From Desulfobaccales bacterium (GTDB lineage Bacteria > Desulfobacterota > Desulfobaccia > Desulfobaccales > 0-14-0-80-60-11), in assembly GCA_050014275.1 (NCBI GenBank), contig JBEKDQ010000002.1, forward strand, positions 1-38,860: a DNA stretch of 38,860 nucleotides. Direction: 5' to 3'. Both the position numbers and the translations under genes were made by a program. The notes beneath the pieces are model-generated. The model was given only the letters and a program-made list of their open reading frames with translations. It was not told where the DNA came from and searched no databases. Positions 37,640 through 38,860 of the stretch are shown one piece after another. Numbering within the stretch: position 1 is the stretch's first letter; every line of letters starts with the position of its first letter.

Positions 37640-37667
37640 AGTTTATATAAATATAAACTATTGTCAA
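37640..37667 (-). promoter_or_regulatory. Putative promoter with overlapping 20-bp palindromic operator of the TAC operon
   Basis: On the minus strand: TTGACA (37667-37662), 16-nt spacer, TAAACT (37645-37640). The palindrome AGTTTATAT-TT-ATATAAACT (37640-37659) covers the spacer and -10. The ATG lies only about 9 nt beyond the -10. Confidence 0.45.
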
Positions 37668-37785
37668 GAAAAAATCAAGCTGCATATGGAAAAATGTCTC
37701 TGCTTCCCCCTGCAAGCAATGCCCGCCCGCCTTGACAATTCCCGGGAAACCGGGTAGCTTTAGCCCAAGGAATTAGGGGGATAGC

Positions 37786-38628
37786 ATGGCTCAGAGGCGG
37801 TTTTCCTGGGTGGCGGCGGCGGTCCTGATCCTGGCGGCGGTCCAGGTGGGATGGGCGGCGCCGGGCCGGGCCGAGGCCGCGCCAGTGGCCTACGTGGGGC
37901 TGAAATCCGCTCTGGTGCGCCATGGGCTGGACCAGGGCTACGTCTTCCGCACCTTCGATGACCCCCGCTCCCAATTCCTGCCCGTCGTAGTCCGGAAAAT
38001 CGCCTTCCTTCGCAAAGAATCCCCCGAGATCTATGCGAAATTCCTGACCCCGGCGGTGGCCGCCCAGGGCCGGGCCTATCTCGCCGCCCACCAGGCCACC
38101 CTGAACCGGGCCGCAGCCCAATTTGGGGTGGCTCCGGAGGTCATCGTGGCCATCCTCACGGTGGAGAGCGACCTGGGGAACAACACCGGTAACTACCCGG
38201 TCTTCAACGTCTTCGCCTCCCTGGCGGTGATGGATTCCCCGGAAATCATCCGGGACCTGGACCTGGACTCGGCAGGCCGCGACCGCCTGGGGAAGAAGGC
38301 TGCCTGGGCTCAGCGGGAACTCCGGGTCTTCCTGGAATACTGCGCCAGCCACCGCCTGGACCCCTTCTCCTATAGCGGCTCCTGGGCCGGGGCTATGGGC
38401 TTCTGCCAGTTCCTGCCCTCCAGCCTGACGAGCTGCGGCATCTCCGCCAGCGGCAAGAGGCCGGTGGACTTGTTCATCCACGACGACGCCATTTTAAGCA
38501 TCGCCTGCTATCTGCACAAGAGCGGCTTCCAACGACAAAACCGGGCATCCTGGCGCCAGGCCGTTTACGGCTATAACCATTCCGACGCTTACGTGGACAC
38601 GGTGATCACCCTGGCCGAGTGGTACTGA
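37786..38628 (+). CDS. Lytic murein transglycosylase, MltB/SLT_2-like
   Basis: Signal peptide. ..VIVAILTVESDLGNNTGNYPVFNVFASL.. contains the catalytic Glu context. ..WAGAMGFCQFLPSS.. and ..YNHSDAYV.. are typical of MltB-family enzymes. Confidence 0.85.
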   Translation: MAQRRFSWVAAAVLILAAVQVGWAAPGRAEAAPVAYVGLKSALVRHGLDQGYVFRTFDDPRSQFLPVVVRKIAFLRKESPEIYAKFLTPAVAAQGRAYLAAHQATLNRAAAQFGVAPEVIVAILTVESDLGNNTGNYPVFNVFASLAVMDSPEIIRDLDLDSAGRDRLGKKAAWAQRELRVFLEYCASHRLDPFSYSGSWAGAMGFCQFLPSSLTSCGISASGKRPVDLFIHDDAILSIACYLHKSGFQRQNRASWRQAVYGYNHSDAYVDTVITLAEWY

Positions 38629-38737
38629 GGGCAGACGGCGAGATCGATGATTTGGGGAGGGGGTCAAGGACCCACGGCCATTACCCCATGCCCCAATCCC
38701 CTCCCCCACTCCCATAAGTTTTTTTACAGCTCACTGC

Positions 38738-38860
38738 TTCGAAAAGTTCCTCATGCGGCTTCCAGGGTTACTTGGTAGCCGAGGTCTGCTCCGAAAAGTT
38801 GTGAAGAATTTGGTGGCACAGGCGTCCCTCGAAACAAACCTGTGCGGACTGAGCGGCGGG
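38738..38860. repeat. Inverted copy of the 18649-18717 REP-like repeat (runs to window edge)
   Basis: GAAAAGTTGTGAAGAATTTGGTGGCACAGGCGTCC..CCTGTGCGGACTGAGCGGCGGG is the reverse complement of CCCGCCACTCAGTCCGCACAGGCGAGACGCCTGTGCCACCAATTCTTCACAACTCTTC, but with an expanded loop. Confidence 0.6.

Noticed and set aside
37675-38481. 268-aa minus-strand ORF opposite the MltB-like gene
   Set aside because: Antisense shadow ORF. The plus-strand product carries lytic transglycosylase motifs and a signal peptide.

Overview
GC-rich bacterial chromosomal segment. Gene content and apparent selenocysteine use suggest a Desulfobacterota/deltaproteobacterium-like anaerobe, but that is inference only.

Left to right:
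- hrcA (partial)-grpE-dnaK heat-shock operon with a strong terminator.
- A minus-strand peroxiredoxin-like gene that is intact only if an in-frame TGA (W-U-A-F-C redox motif) is read as selenocysteine.
- pyrF.
- A complete minus-strand type I-C CRISPR-Cas locus: cas3-cas5-cas8c-cas7-cas4-cas1-cas2, a leader, then 68 x 37-nt repeats and 67 spacers at 4920-9791 (hand count). A truncated second cas3 HD-domain remnant lies just upstream.
- A gene-free patch of about 0.9 kb built from stacked GC-hairpin (REP-like) repeats.
- A TPR+PBP1 lipoprotein, an S58/DmpA-like peptidase and a HAD phosphatase.
- tRNA-Met(CAU) with a near-consensus sigma70 promoter, followed by six small exported proteins of unknown function.
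- mnmG.
- A CHASE2 class III nucleotidyl cyclase with neighbouring FecR-domain and HD-domain genes.
- A pyruvate-kinase-C-terminal-like protein, then murB.
- An AT-rich three-gene HigB(Gp49)-XRE antitoxin-SecB-like chaperone (TAC) module.
- An MltB-like lytic transglycosylase.

Two MITE-like insertions (terminal inverted repeats plus flanking direct repeats) and several dispersed repeat families sit in intergenic regions. ORFs running through the CRISPR array and the long antisense ORFs are artefacts.

I did not find a convincingly unprecedented multi-gene system. The best follow-up candidates are the Sec-recoded redoxin, the TAC module, the cas3 remnant and possible mosaic cas operon, the diverged twin spacers, the MITE/repeat families and the exported-protein islet.
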